From a virus, in the IMG/VR virus record IMGVR_UViG_3300027763_002499, positions 26,549 to 90,548 of that record: a DNA stretch of 64,000 bases. One strand, given 5' to 3'. A program made the position numbers and the translations under genes. Below are positions 28,287 to 38,498 of this stretch, piece by piece; the stretch's first letter is position 1, and every line of letters begins with the position of its first letter. The notes below the pieces were generated by a model. It had not been told where the DNA came from and did no database searches. It saw nothing but the letters and a program-made list of their open reading frames with translations.

Positions 28287-30356
28287 TTAAATACCCTTCC
28301 ACTTACTAACTGGAATGTCGCCGCCACAGTGGCAACGCAAACTATTACAGATAACCGGGCGAGAAAAACTGTCCCAATTAATTTTATCAAATTCTTTTAC
28401 AGAGCCAACAACACCGCCTACATCACAATTTCCACGTTTGATATGTCCATTTTGATGAATGAATAAACTTTCAGCACCAATGTTGCACAAGTAATCATAG
28501 AAGTTTGTCTGTCCTTTGTTGATTAGACCCTGAGGACTTGTTATGTTTTCAGTGGTGTTATCTTCAAAGGTTGCTTGGACAGGAGTTGCATGGAAATCTC
28601 TATATATTGGATTGGTTATTCTAATCAAATCAGCAGATGATCGACTTGGTGTTTCTTTAAATGTTTTAAAAAATTCAAGTTGTTCTTCGCTGTAATTAAT
28701 TTTAGCCAACTTGGTCCTGCTTGCACCATACTGGTCGTCGATATAAACAATTTCAATTTTAGCAGTAGTTTTCTTTTTAAGTTTTTCAATGAACTCTATA
28801 GATTTATCCCAATGCAACGGATCCATCATAATACGAGCCGCAACTTGAGTTTCTAAACTGGCAATTTTAATTTTTTCCAACCATTCATCTGCTGTACCAT
28901 TGGGAAACTCTTGTGCTGGATGAAAGCTACATGCCGCATAAGTCAGATATTTAAAATTATCTTTAATAAATCTTGGAGTACGCACAAGATTTGTAGTCAT
29001 ACCACCGGTACCACCAAGAGTGTGAATACGCTCAATCATCTCCGGGAAGAAAGGACTTAGCGTAGGTTCTCCACCGCTCAATGAAAATGTCAAATGCCGG
29101 TTCTTGCCATATTGTTCAAATAACCTGTCAAGGAAAGGAGAAACAACATCCCAGTTAAACAAATGGTTTTTTCCATCGTGTAATACTGGTGGGCAATACC
29201 TACAAGCATAATTACAAATGTCATTTAAGATCCAGGTAATGATTGCTTTGTCTTCATTCTTAATTTCAATGATCTTTTTAGCCTGGACTGGGATTGGAAA
29301 CTTCCACTGCGGAATACGTGCTCTTGGAGTTTTAAATGCTGAATGCATTTGTATGTTGTCAACAATCTGTACATCTTGGATGCTTTTAAATCTACTTAGG
29401 TCTTTCTTCAAGCCATGTGATGCAGAATATAATGTATCTCGTTGTTCACCTAGCATGTGCCCAATGCCCATATACCCATGGCGATTGTCTGGATGAGACC
29501 ATTTGTGTCCTTGTATGCCATCAATGTTTAATGCTTTGAATTTTTTATATTCATTTGTAAGTGTATATGGATCATAATCGTCATATACAAGATACGCGGC
29601 CATTTCATTAGACCATGTTTCCTGACGATAAAAGGCATTTTCGTCAACAGCTCGTTGGTCATTATCAGCAATAATGTGACTCATGTTTTTACCAAGAGTA
29701 TTATAGCCTAGTACCAAGTCGCCAAATCTAAGCCTGTGTAAAAAGCTGGCTGCATCCTCTTCGGTAATTTCAAAATCAATCCTTGGATTGAAACTGATCA
29801 AAATATTGGCAGCAGAATAACTAGGTTCCTTTTTGCCTGATCCTCTTTTTTTAATAAACATTTCAGCAGTGTGAATAGCATCGTTCAACTGAATGAATGT
29901 ACTGTGAAAATCCTCATTGAAGGTAATACCTGGCCAACACTTGGCTTCTGGGCTGTCTGCTGAAATGCGTTTATAAGCATCATCCCACCATTTTTGTGAT
30001 AGCTTTTCGCTTAGACGTTCACCATAAATCTCATATTCCTCGTGGAGGTAATTTAGTGCATCTTGATCGTGTTCTCGAAACATTGTCAATGGGCGGTCAT
30101 AAAAAAGATTAATTTTTCTAACAATATTACTCAAACGCTCATCAAGATCCAATCCTTGATAGGCCGCACTCCTTGTAAACTTAATGCGCTTTTCTCGAAA
30201 ACTTTTCTCTCCGTAACGCATGTCTTCCATGAGCTTGACCCATTTCTTGGCAAGATTGGTATTGTACAGCTTATAGTATATGTCAAAAGGTTCCCACGTT
30301 GTTGTATCAACAAGCGTGAGCCGTACGTTTTTGTCGTTTAGATATTTTCCGCTCAT
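28287..30356 (-). CDS. fusion: unnamed His/Glu domain plus radical SAM with C-terminal Cys cluster
   Basis: CNYACRYC, SGGEP, terminal CNIG..GNC..CNSLRCHC. Confidence 0.88.
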   Translation of the reverse strand: MSGKYLNDKNVRLTLVDTTTWEPFDIYYKLYNTNLAKKWVKLMEDMRYGEKSFREKRIKFTRSAAYQGLDLDERLSNIVRKINLFYDRPLTMFREHDQDALNYLHEEYEIYGERLSEKLSQKWWDDAYKRISADSPEAKCWPGITFNEDFHSTFIQLNDAIHTAEMFIKKRGSGKKEPSYSAANILISFNPRIDFEITEEDAASFLHRLRFGDLVLGYNTLGKNMSHIIADNDQRAVDENAFYRQETWSNEMAAYLVYDDYDPYTLTNEYKKFKALNIDGIQGHKWSHPDNRHGYMGIGHMLGEQRDTLYSASHGLKKDLSRFKSIQDVQIVDNIQMHSAFKTPRARIPQWKFPIPVQAKKIIEIKNEDKAIITWILNDICNYACRYCPPVLHDGKNHLFNWDVVSPFLDRLFEQYGKNRHLTFSLSGGEPTLSPFFPEMIERIHTLGGTGGMTTNLVRTPRFIKDNFKYLTYAACSFHPAQEFPNGTADEWLEKIKIASLETQVAARIMMDPLHWDKSIEFIEKLKKKTTAKIEIVYIDDQYGASRTKLAKINYSEEQLEFFKTFKETPSRSSADLIRITNPIYRDFHATPVQATFEDNTTENITSPQGLINKGQTNFYDYLCNIGAESLFIHQNGHIKRGNCDVGGVVGSVKEFDKINWDSFSRPVICNSLRCHCGGDIPVSKWKGI

Positions 30357-30376
30357 AAAGTCCTCAAATAATGTTT

Positions 30377-31609
30377 TTATATATCAAGTAATCTGGCATG
30401 CGTTGTGCCATGTAATTCATCTAGCCCGTTTACATAATCCAACATTTGTGGATATAAATGGCTCCAATCTTCGCTATTCATAAATGATATTAGGCCTGTA
30501 AATCTAGAAACAAGTTTGTTATCAGGATGTTTATCTATATATTCTTGTAACTTCTTGGTAATTTTTTCTTTTTTGTCTGCAGGCAATGATTTAGAACACA
30601 GGTATGGTGGCCAGTGCAAAATGCCCAAGAAGAAAATGCCACCTTTATTGTCACGTTTAATCTTTTCCAAATCTAAACTCATCATCCAATCTGCAAACTC
30701 TGGCAACCAGTTAATGTTTAAGGCCTGCACTGTACACAGTACCTTGACATGAATGTTTTCTGGCAATTCACAGTAGGCCTTAAAGTTCTTTTCAATGGTT
30801 GCCCAATCGGCCGGATGACGAATATATGAGTTAACCCAATCGTATCCATCAATACTGAGCATGAGTTCTACTTTTTCAAAGTGTTCCCACAGCTCGACAA
30901 TTTCAGGACTATAAATTGTACAGTTGGTGTGATATCGCAATTCAATGTTCTTAGACAGTCCACTTTCAACCAAGCGTTTGATTAGTGTTTTGTGTTCTTT
31001 AATATAAAGAGGCTCGCCACCGCCAAATATAATATGTTTGATGTCTTTGGCATGTGTAAAGAAATCATCCCAGAATTCTTCATTTTTATACCATTCAAAC
31101 TTTTCACTGGCAAATGTTTCAATCTTATGCTTCCAATCATATCGAGCATCAGTTTGTAAACTATTGCTGAGTGTTTCTGCATCCTTGATCCACTTGCTGG
31201 AATCTTTGGGCCCACACATGACACATTGTAAATTGCAAGTATTACCTAGTCGTAGGTCCAAGGTTATAATGTCATGATTAACTGTGCCATTTTTGTTGGT
31301 GCCAGCAACTAAATTGTCAAGATATGTTGTGTCTAACTGTTGATACCAATAATGGTTTTCATTTTGTCTATGACTTTTAATACCATTTGCTTCTTCTTTG
31401 TAGCAGGCTTCGCAAGCAGGAAACTTACGACCGCCAAGCATGGCCAGTCTGGCTTCTGTAAAATGATTACTGTTCCATATCTTGGTCCAATTGCTTGTAT
31501 TTAAATTTAGACCACTGGTCTTGGCCACACAGCATAACAATGCTGAACCGTCGTTATAAGTTGCCGCATGTATCCATGGGAGAATACAAAATGTATCAGA
31601 TTTTACCAT
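30377..31609 (-). CDS. radical SAM enzyme with N-terminal twitch/SPASM-like domain
   Basis: CILPW..CC..CEAC; CNLQCVMC; GGEP. Confidence 0.92.
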   Translation of the reverse strand: MVKSDTFCILPWIHAATYNDGSALLCCVAKTSGLNLNTSNWTKIWNSNHFTEARLAMLGGRKFPACEACYKEEANGIKSHRQNENHYWYQQLDTTYLDNLVAGTNKNGTVNHDIITLDLRLGNTCNLQCVMCGPKDSSKWIKDAETLSNSLQTDARYDWKHKIETFASEKFEWYKNEEFWDDFFTHAKDIKHIIFGGGEPLYIKEHKTLIKRLVESGLSKNIELRYHTNCTIYSPEIVELWEHFEKVELMLSIDGYDWVNSYIRHPADWATIEKNFKAYCELPENIHVKVLCTVQALNINWLPEFADWMMSLDLEKIKRDNKGGIFFLGILHWPPYLCSKSLPADKKEKITKKLQEYIDKHPDNKLVSRFTGLISFMNSEDWSHLYPQMLDYVNGLDELHGTTHARLLDI

Positions 31610-32900
31610 TAATGAAATCCACTATTCTCGAGTCAAGAACTGTATAGTCCTGTTTCCTTGCACTATCCAGGCTCTTGGTGTAAACTTGTAATCGTGCAAG
31701 TTGTTCTTGCCAATCTTCTGCTCTTGTTTGCTGTAGTAATCCTATTATACCATTAACGCTGTTCTTTGTCAAGTCATGAACATTCCATGGCATCTTTTTA
31801 TCTCTATAATCTGTTAACATTTTTAGAGCAGTGGCTCGCAGACTATCTGGTAGTATGTTCACATTCAAATGATGTGGATGTATGTTGATTAATAAATCAA
31901 CAAATATCTTCTTACTGTATTTCTTGTTAAGTTCGTCAACCCAGGTCAGTGTCTCGACTAAATTAAATACATTGTAAACTTGTACCGTTGGAGTAACGCC
32001 TAGCTTAATGTTAGGTAATGCGGCTAGTTTTTCAACATTGACTTTGAGCTGGCTCCATTTGCTAGGAGGACGAATGTATTCGTTGACAGCACCAATGCCA
32101 TCAAGACTTGCGTTAATGTTAATTTCATCAAATTGGCTAATCAAGTCTGTAAACTTTTGATTTACGTTTGTACAGTTGGTATTAAAGAATAACAGTATAT
32201 CCTTTCTGCCTTGATCAATACACTCCTGCATAAACTTAAAGTTATGCTCAATCAATGTAGGCTCTCCGCCTGTCATGTAAACTTTTTTAAGATCTGGAAT
32301 TAATTTTATAACCTGGTCCCAAAGCAAATCGCTTTCAAACCATTCCTGGTTCTTCATTACAGCTTCGGGGAACTTGCCAAATGTCTTGCCCCAAACCTTA
32401 CTATACTCGCTGTCTGCAATTACAATGTCCTTGTGTTCTTTAGCAATCTGACTAGAGTTCCAGGGATTGCACATGCGGCATTTTAAATTGCATAGATTGC
32501 CTAATCGCAGGTCTAGATATACAATATCCTTGTTTACTACGCCTCCGTTCATCTTGGCAAATCTTACTCGTTGTTGTAGTTCCTCTTCTCCGAGACGCCA
32601 AGCCCATTCATTGTTGGCATGCATGCGATTGCTTTCACGACCTGATTCCTCTTGTAGGTAGCATGTACTGCAACCCTCAACCCGATCACCTTGTATCATA
32701 GCAGTACGAATGTCTCGCATGTCTTTGCCATTCCATGCGTGTTCTATAAACTGGTCCTGGATTGTAAAAAATTTACCATCTTCTTTTTTGAGTTTGTTAG
32801 CAGAACCCTTTACCATACAGCAATAACGAACTGTGGTATCGGTATTCACCATCATACTAACAAACGGGATGGCACAAAATGTATTTGAAATTGGTTTCAT
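31596..32900 (-). CDS. radical SAM enzyme with N-terminal twitch/SPASM-like domain
   Basis: CAIPF..CC..CSTC; CNLKCRMC; GGEP. Confidence 0.92.
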   Translation of the reverse strand: MKPISNTFCAIPFVSMMVNTDTTVRYCCMVKGSANKLKKEDGKFFTIQDQFIEHAWNGKDMRDIRTAMIQGDRVEGCSTCYLQEESGRESNRMHANNEWAWRLGEEELQQRVRFAKMNGGVVNKDIVYLDLRLGNLCNLKCRMCNPWNSSQIAKEHKDIVIADSEYSKVWGKTFGKFPEAVMKNQEWFESDLLWDQVIKLIPDLKKVYMTGGEPTLIEHNFKFMQECIDQGRKDILLFFNTNCTNVNQKFTDLISQFDEININASLDGIGAVNEYIRPPSKWSQLKVNVEKLAALPNIKLGVTPTVQVYNVFNLVETLTWVDELNKKYSKKIFVDLLINIHPHHLNVNILPDSLRATALKMLTDYRDKKMPWNVHDLTKNSVNGIIGLLQQTRAEDWQEQLARLQVYTKSLDSARKQDYTVLDSRIVDFINGKI

Positions 32901-32941
32901 TAAACTAAGATTTAACTTTAATAGCTTTACTTAGTGGTTTT

Positions 32942-32964
32942 AGACTGGGCAGATCTGCCCAGTC
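32942..32964. terminator. palindromic hairpin inside the cluster
   Basis: AGACTGGGCAGATCTGCCCAGTCT. Confidence 0.5.
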
Positions 32965-32966
32965 TT

Positions 32967-34463
32967 TCAAGATGTGCGAGATTCTTCTTGAGTAACTTGG
33001 TCTCGCCAAGTGTAATTTAGTACCTTGCTTGCAATTGTGTTGTTATTAAAATCAACCAATTCCATCTTGTAAACATCATCATAGTTAAACAGATCGAGCA
33101 TGATACTTTCGGTACTATCGCTGGAATCCCAATCGCTTCTTATTATTTGAGCCACTGGGATTTTACCAATGCTGGTAAACTTACTTTCTGGATCAACATT
33201 TCTTTCTCGTAACCAAGGAAACATTTTGTTGTTTAAATTATTAATAACTTGCGTTTGTAAATCACGGCTATGTTCTTTTAAGAACATTACATTACATTCA
33301 CCGCTAAGGTAACGTAAACCACTTATATTCTCATCGTGGATCTCGCCATCTTTGTCGTGATAGGCTTCAATTGGTGTTTTTCCAAGTTGGCAATAGTGTA
33401 AAAATACATCACCAAAAAATTCATATTGTGTAAAATTGTCAAAGTCGCTTTCAACGAATTTGTAACGCCTGACTGGCATTGCAGGGAAAAAAACATAAGA
33501 ACTCCAGAATCCTTGTCCAATTTTGTTTTGTCTGCAACCTTCTATTTCATGACATAGGTTATTGAGTTGTCTAATTGCAAACATCACGGGCAATGTTGCA
33601 TTGGCAAAATACTTGGCTGGATTCCATACTTGCCCTATCAATAGCTCAAAGTGATGATGAATCTCATTAAGAATCTGTTGATCCAGTGTTACAGGATCAA
33701 AGAATTGTGTAATGTTATATAACGGGCGTTTTTCTTCATCACTACCGTCAAAGTATTCATTGATTGTGTTTACATACTTGTTTAATTCACTGCACAATGC
33801 TGGTATATTTCTTGCAACAGGACTGTTATCTGGGTACTGCCAATTTTGCAACATAAAATTCTTTTCAAATGTAGCATTGTCATCTGCCAAATAGTCATTG
33901 TGACAGCATCTTGCCCATTTTTGTGCAATAAAAGATGTATTAATTCTAAACCTTACTTTTTTTGTTTGGTTGTTGGCAACTGACCTGAAAGTCAATTGAA
34001 ATTCATTGTAATTGGTATTCTTATATGCATTGCCGATTTTTTCTACGGTAGAACCATCTGTGGTAATTTCTGAACTAAACAATCTGGCCTGGCGCACCTG
34101 TTCAACATGGTCATAGTCTGCCAACCAAAGAAAGTTGTTTACATGGCATTGAGATTCTAGGTCATCAAAAAATTCCCGGCTGTCAGCAATAAAGAAAGAC
34201 TTGTATATACTGTTACAATATGCCCAAAATTCGTCAAATTTCTCCCTGCTGTTGAAATAATGAATTAGGTTATCAACTTTGCCGTTGGGACTTGCCAACG
34301 CTTCTTTAATAAAGTTGATTTCACTTTCAGCATCGCATAAAAAAATTAAACGAGTATTTGAGGCCTTTTGCAAGGTTGCAAAAGCCAACAGTCCGGGTAA
34401 AGATATACCATAGACATAATAGTTTTCAACATAGGTTTCGGGATTTGTAAATTGTGTCAGCAT
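32967..34463 (-). CDS. hypothetical protein with C-terminal His/Glu-motif domain
   Basis: LNEIHHHFE..QLNNLCHEIE..FGDVFLHYCQLGK, shared with two cluster paralogs. Confidence 0.8.
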   Translation of the reverse strand: MLTQFTNPETYVENYYVYGISLPGLLAFATLQKASNTRLIFLCDAESEINFIKEALASPNGKVDNLIHYFNSREKFDEFWAYCNSIYKSFFIADSREFFDDLESQCHVNNFLWLADYDHVEQVRQARLFSSEITTDGSTVEKIGNAYKNTNYNEFQLTFRSVANNQTKKVRFRINTSFIAQKWARCCHNDYLADDNATFEKNFMLQNWQYPDNSPVARNIPALCSELNKYVNTINEYFDGSDEEKRPLYNITQFFDPVTLDQQILNEIHHHFELLIGQVWNPAKYFANATLPVMFAIRQLNNLCHEIEGCRQNKIGQGFWSSYVFFPAMPVRRYKFVESDFDNFTQYEFFGDVFLHYCQLGKTPIEAYHDKDGEIHDENISGLRYLSGECNVMFLKEHSRDLQTQVINNLNNKMFPWLRERNVDPESKFTSIGKIPVAQIIRSDWDSSDSTESIMLDLFNYDDVYKMELVDFNNNTIASKVLNYTWRDQVTQEESRTS

Positions 34464-34466
34464 AGA

Positions 34467-34568
34467 TTAATAGATAAATGGGTCACGCTTTTTCAGCTCT
34501 TTGAGTCGTTTTCTGTAGCGAATTTCGCCTTTGATTTTTTCAATAATATTTTTAATAAAATTCCACAT
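34467..34568 (-). CDS. 33-aa basic peptide ending RDPFIY (not in ORF track)
   Basis: MWNFIKNIIEKIKGEIRYRKRLKELKKRDPFIY; AGGA RBS; fills the gap. Confidence 0.75.
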   Translation of the reverse strand: MWNFIKNIIEKIKGEIRYRKRLKELKKRDPFIY

Positions 34569-34579
34569 TGTGTTTCTTC

Positions 34580-35470
34580 CTATAGTGAATATTTGGAGAC
34601 AAAGTAATTATACACATTGTCGGCTGCTATATCGTGTATATATTCCATGACATGGCCGCCGATCCTGGCCACTGCCTTGTTTGCATCTTGTTTTTTTGCA
34701 ATATCTTCTAAGTCTATTAGGTAGCCAATATCTAATTCTTTGTAAAGCTGTTGTATTGCCCAATTTATTGATGATGGCGGTTCTCTAGATCCTGCCAATT
34801 CAACTAACCAATCTGGGGCCATTTCGGTGACTGATCTTACAAAATACAGTTCAATCCCTTTGCTTTGGCAAAATGTTTTTAGCAATAAATTAGAAAGCAA
34901 CCACTTGTGTAACCGCACATCTTCATGTTCGTGCATTATCGCAGTTTTGCGTATAGCATCAATTTGTGTACCAGTGCGAGCAGGTTCATTGCTTAACAAA
35001 ATAGAAGACCAATAATTAACTGTTTCGTTAAAGTATTGAATCCTATTGACACTGGTAGTTCCAATTAAGAAAATTACTCGTTTGCCTTGTGTTCGCCCGT
35101 GTTTTGTTTCGTTTAAGTATTGGTCAATAATTTCTCTGTTGATCCATTCTTGGCTTGCACCACCGCATGCATAATTATGTACAGTACATTTCACACCAGG
35201 GTGGTTAGAAAGTCTCATTGCAATTTTAGCAGGATAGGCCCTGTTACGGTTTTCGTTCATTAGACTATCTTGTTGTTCCCGGGTAAGTTTGGTATTATTT
35301 TTACGTTGAAACCACGCCTTTACCATATTCTGTCTATTTACTTTGTTGTCAATTCCTCGCCACTCATTGAACGTTATATCTTCATGACCAACATTGGTGT
35401 AAAATAAATCATCAGACAGCTCTTCGCCAGCTGTAAAGCTATCACCACATGCAAAAATTACTATTTCCAT
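34580..35470 (-). CDS. SGNH/GDSL hydrolase-like protein
   Basis: GDSFTAG block I, NYACGGAS block II, terminal GGH. Confidence 0.7.
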   Translation of the reverse strand: MEIVIFACGDSFTAGEELSDDLFYTNVGHEDITFNEWRGIDNKVNRQNMVKAWFQRKNNTKLTREQQDSLMNENRNRAYPAKIAMRLSNHPGVKCTVHNYACGGASQEWINREIIDQYLNETKHGRTQGKRVIFLIGTTSVNRIQYFNETVNYWSSILLSNEPARTGTQIDAIRKTAIMHEHEDVRLHKWLLSNLLLKTFCQSKGIELYFVRSVTEMAPDWLVELAGSREPPSSINWAIQQLYKELDIGYLIDLEDIAKKQDANKAVARIGGHVMEYIHDIAADNVYNYFVSKYSL

Positions 35471-35484
35471 TTAATTCTCTTGCT

Positions 35485-36372
35485 CTATAATGAATACTTA
35501 GCAACAAACTCGTTGAAGATTTTATCAGCAGCCATATCATGTATGTATTCTACAAAGTGGCCGCCGGGTTTGACAATATGAGCATTTTCATCTTGTTCTT
35601 TGGCAATGTCTTCTAAGTTTATTATATAATTAATGTCTAGTTCATCAAACAGAGATACAATAGACTGTCCAATAAAAGATTGTTTCTCGCCAATTGCAAT
35701 AGGGTTGACCAAGTTTTCAGGACCAAATACTGACCTTACAAAATATAAATCAATGCCTTTACTCTGACAAAATGTTTTTAGTAGTAGATTACAAAGCAAC
35801 CACTTGTGTAAACGTGCATCTTCATGTTCGTGCATTATTGCAGTTTTACGTATATCATTAATTTGAGGTGTGATGCTATCTGTTATGTGCAACATAATAG
35901 AAGACCAATAGTTAACCGACTTACTGGTACTAAAATATTGAATCCTATTAACATAGGTAATGCCAACTAGAAAAATTACTTTTCTGCCCTGTGTTCTTCC
36001 GTGTTTTGTTTCATGCAGGTACTTGTCGATAATTTCCCTGTTTATCCATTCTTGTCCTGCGCCGCCTGCGGCATAATTGTGTAACACACATTGACCATTC
36101 AATTTTTCAGATAGTTTTGTATATAATTTAGCAGGATAAGCCCTTCTTAAATTCTCTGCTTCTAGATTATATTTCTGCTCTGCGGTTAGTTTGTGATTAT
36201 TTTTATGCTGGTGAATTGCTTGTATACGTAACGTATTACTTTTTTGACTTTCAGGATCTATCCATTCTTGATGTGTAAGATTACCAAGTCCCGAATCGGG
36301 GTAAAACATATCATCGGCCAACTCATCACCAGCAGTAAAACTATCGCCACAAGCAAAAACTACCAGTTCCAT
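35485..36372 (-). CDS. SGNH/GDSL hydrolase-like protein (tandem paralog)
   Basis: GDSFTAG, NYAAGGAG, GGHF; long identical stretches with 34580-35470. Confidence 0.7.
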   Translation of the reverse strand: MELVVFACGDSFTAGDELADDMFYPDSGLGNLTHQEWIDPESQKSNTLRIQAIHQHKNNHKLTAEQKYNLEAENLRRAYPAKLYTKLSEKLNGQCVLHNYAAGGAGQEWINREIIDKYLHETKHGRTQGRKVIFLVGITYVNRIQYFSTSKSVNYWSSIMLHITDSITPQINDIRKTAIMHEHEDARLHKWLLCNLLLKTFCQSKGIDLYFVRSVFGPENLVNPIAIGEKQSFIGQSIVSLFDELDINYIINLEDIAKEQDENAHIVKPGGHFVEYIHDMAADKIFNEFVAKYSL

Positions 36373-36375
36373 GAT

Positions 36376-37113
36376 TTACATTATTGCTTTTAAACTATCT
36401 AATACAATTTGATTGAATGGATCGCGGGCACCGCCATGACTGATCATGTGAATTCTAGGTGTGTCACTGTTGTTCCAGACTGAGTGCAGGTTTCCAATAT
36501 CTACCAAGCAGGCATTGCCTTCATTTTTAAAAGGAACATAACCCTTGCCTTCCATTTTAAAATTACAACCCGCTGGATTGTTCAATGCTACATTAATTGG
36601 CAACAAGAAGTGTTCATTTCGATCCTTATGTGGCTGAATGTAACCGTGTGGATCTAACCACATGTAACGTAGTCTGTGATATCTGTGATTTGGAAACACA
36701 TCGAGGAAGTATCTTGTTGTTTCGGGACAACGTTCGGTTATCTCGCCGCACCAATGATAATTGATATCATCAATGGTTTTACCTTTGTTATCTTCATATG
36801 CTTCCCAATGTCCAGTTCTGTCCCAGGCCTCACCATGCAAACAAATACTCTTCCATCCTTTATTTGCATATTCTGGGTTTTCATTTGGATGTGTTCTGTG
36901 CATCTGGAAAAGATCTTCCATGGCAAATGCTTCACGCAACATGTCTGCAAACGGTGCACCTGGAAGAATCAGTGGCAAGTAAGGCCACCCACTTTTCATA
37001 ATGATCCAATCAACCAATTCATGTTCATGCTCAAACTTTGGTAATTCTACTTTTTTAAAATCCATGGTCCATGGACTATCATTGAAAAATTCTACAATTG
37101 CTTTTGGTATCAT
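36376..37113 (-). CDS. 2OG-Fe(II) oxygenase, aspartyl/asparaginyl beta-hydroxylase-like
   Basis: GWKSICLHG, IQPHKD, HSVWNNSDTPRIHM (HxD...H and R); ATGA overlap sets the start at 37113. Confidence 0.85.
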   Translation of the reverse strand: MIPKAIVEFFNDSPWTMDFKKVELPKFEHEHELVDWIIMKSGWPYLPLILPGAPFADMLREAFAMEDLFQMHRTHPNENPEYANKGWKSICLHGEAWDRTGHWEAYEDNKGKTIDDINYHWCGEITERCPETTRYFLDVFPNHRYHRLRYMWLDPHGYIQPHKDRNEHFLLPINVALNNPAGCNFKMEGKGYVPFKNEGNACLVDIGNLHSVWNNSDTPRIHMISHGGARDPFNQIVLDSLKAIM

Positions 37114-38495
37114 TTTATTACATTTCCTAGGTGTGTCCAACCAGATATGCCAGAGCTTGTTGTTCCACATACTTGTATGCTGGTATTATTTAATCGTAGT
37201 TCCTGTGAAAAAGAATCATACACTGACTTTAACCACGCTGGTTTAAAGTGGCGTAGGCTTGCCTCAGTGTAGAAACTATTACTGAACCAAATTAAATTAT
37301 TGCCTGGATGTTGACGCATATCAGCAATCAATTCACTGCGATCGTAATACAGGTTAGTCTTTAAGAATCTATGCTCAAGTGCTCTGTATCTGTTCCATAT
37401 GTCTAACCAGGCGGATTCTCCGCCAAATACTGCAATGGTTTTTTCCCACTCAGGAGTGTAGTCTTTTTGTGCAAACCAAATTGGTCTAAACCCTGGATCA
37501 ACATTGTTGATATAATGTTGTATAATGCCCAGATAATCACGCCCGTCCCAGTTCTTTAATAACCATTCTTTAAATGCCAGTGCTGAGTCACTATAATCAA
37601 AATATATCACTCTGGTAGTCGAATCCCATTTGCATTGGTCTAAGAATTGAATTGGCTTAAAACCTGCCGCAACACAATACAAATTGTCAAGTTTGGTTGT
37701 CTTATCATAAGCAATATTGTCTGGCGTCATTGGGTCTGTGTTAAACACATAAACACTGCCTTGGAATCCAGAAAAATCCATCATGCTAATATAATTCTTT
37801 TGATTGTATTCCACTGGCTCCACTGATGTGTCGCCATCTAAAATACGCTCAAGTTCAGTGCCTACTTCTGGATAGAAGTGCTGTTTAAACTTTCTAATTT
37901 CTTCTGGGAAATTGCCAATGCCAAATCCATGCTTTAGTACTTCACTTGCAAGATTCCAACCTTCTCTAAGTTGTCCGGTAAATTGTCTTGTTTCATTGGT
38001 AGGTAAAATATAAAAAGGCGTGTACCCATCGTGGAAGTCTTCACTGCTACGCTGTACCTTTGGTAGAGTTACATTGTTGACTGTGTCATGATTACCCCAA
38101 AAAGGACTGCCGCTTTGTCTCCAATGATTCAAGTTGATCAATACACATTGATTATGTAAGGAATAAAAGCCTTGCTCTTTATCGGTGGGATTATCTTCTA
38201 ATATGTGTGCTAATACACTGTAATTATTACCTTCAGCATGTTTAATCATGCTTTCAACCAGGCGAGGGTCATAGCTTCTATACCCATAAGCAACAATGTA
38301 GAGATAATCATCATCTGTTAAACGAACAGAATTGAGTATTGAGTCTATTGTATCGGCAACAAGTAAATCGCCAGTGTGTTGATTTGCCATTGTCAATTGT
38401 AAGGATACTGCAAAGTCAGTGATGGCCCTGACATGATCTTGATAGCCTTGTGACCTGTTGGCTATTTGATTAAAAAGTCCAAATTTAATTTTCAT
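37110..38495 (-). CDS. two-domain hypothetical enzyme
   Basis: 461 aa; C-terminal LYCVAAGFKP..VIYFDYS suggests a SAM-binding Rossmann fold. Confidence 0.6.
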   Translation of the reverse strand: MKIKFGLFNQIANRSQGYQDHVRAITDFAVSLQLTMANQHTGDLLVADTIDSILNSVRLTDDDYLYIVAYGYRSYDPRLVESMIKHAEGNNYSVLAHILEDNPTDKEQGFYSLHNQCVLINLNHWRQSGSPFWGNHDTVNNVTLPKVQRSSEDFHDGYTPFYILPTNETRQFTGQLREGWNLASEVLKHGFGIGNFPEEIRKFKQHFYPEVGTELERILDGDTSVEPVEYNQKNYISMMDFSGFQGSVYVFNTDPMTPDNIAYDKTTKLDNLYCVAAGFKPIQFLDQCKWDSTTRVIYFDYSDSALAFKEWLLKNWDGRDYLGIIQHYINNVDPGFRPIWFAQKDYTPEWEKTIAVFGGESAWLDIWNRYRALEHRFLKTNLYYDRSELIADMRQHPGNNLIWFSNSFYTEASLRHFKPAWLKSVYDSFSQELRLNNTSIQVCGTTSSGISGWTHLGNVIK

Positions 38496-38498
38496 GAT

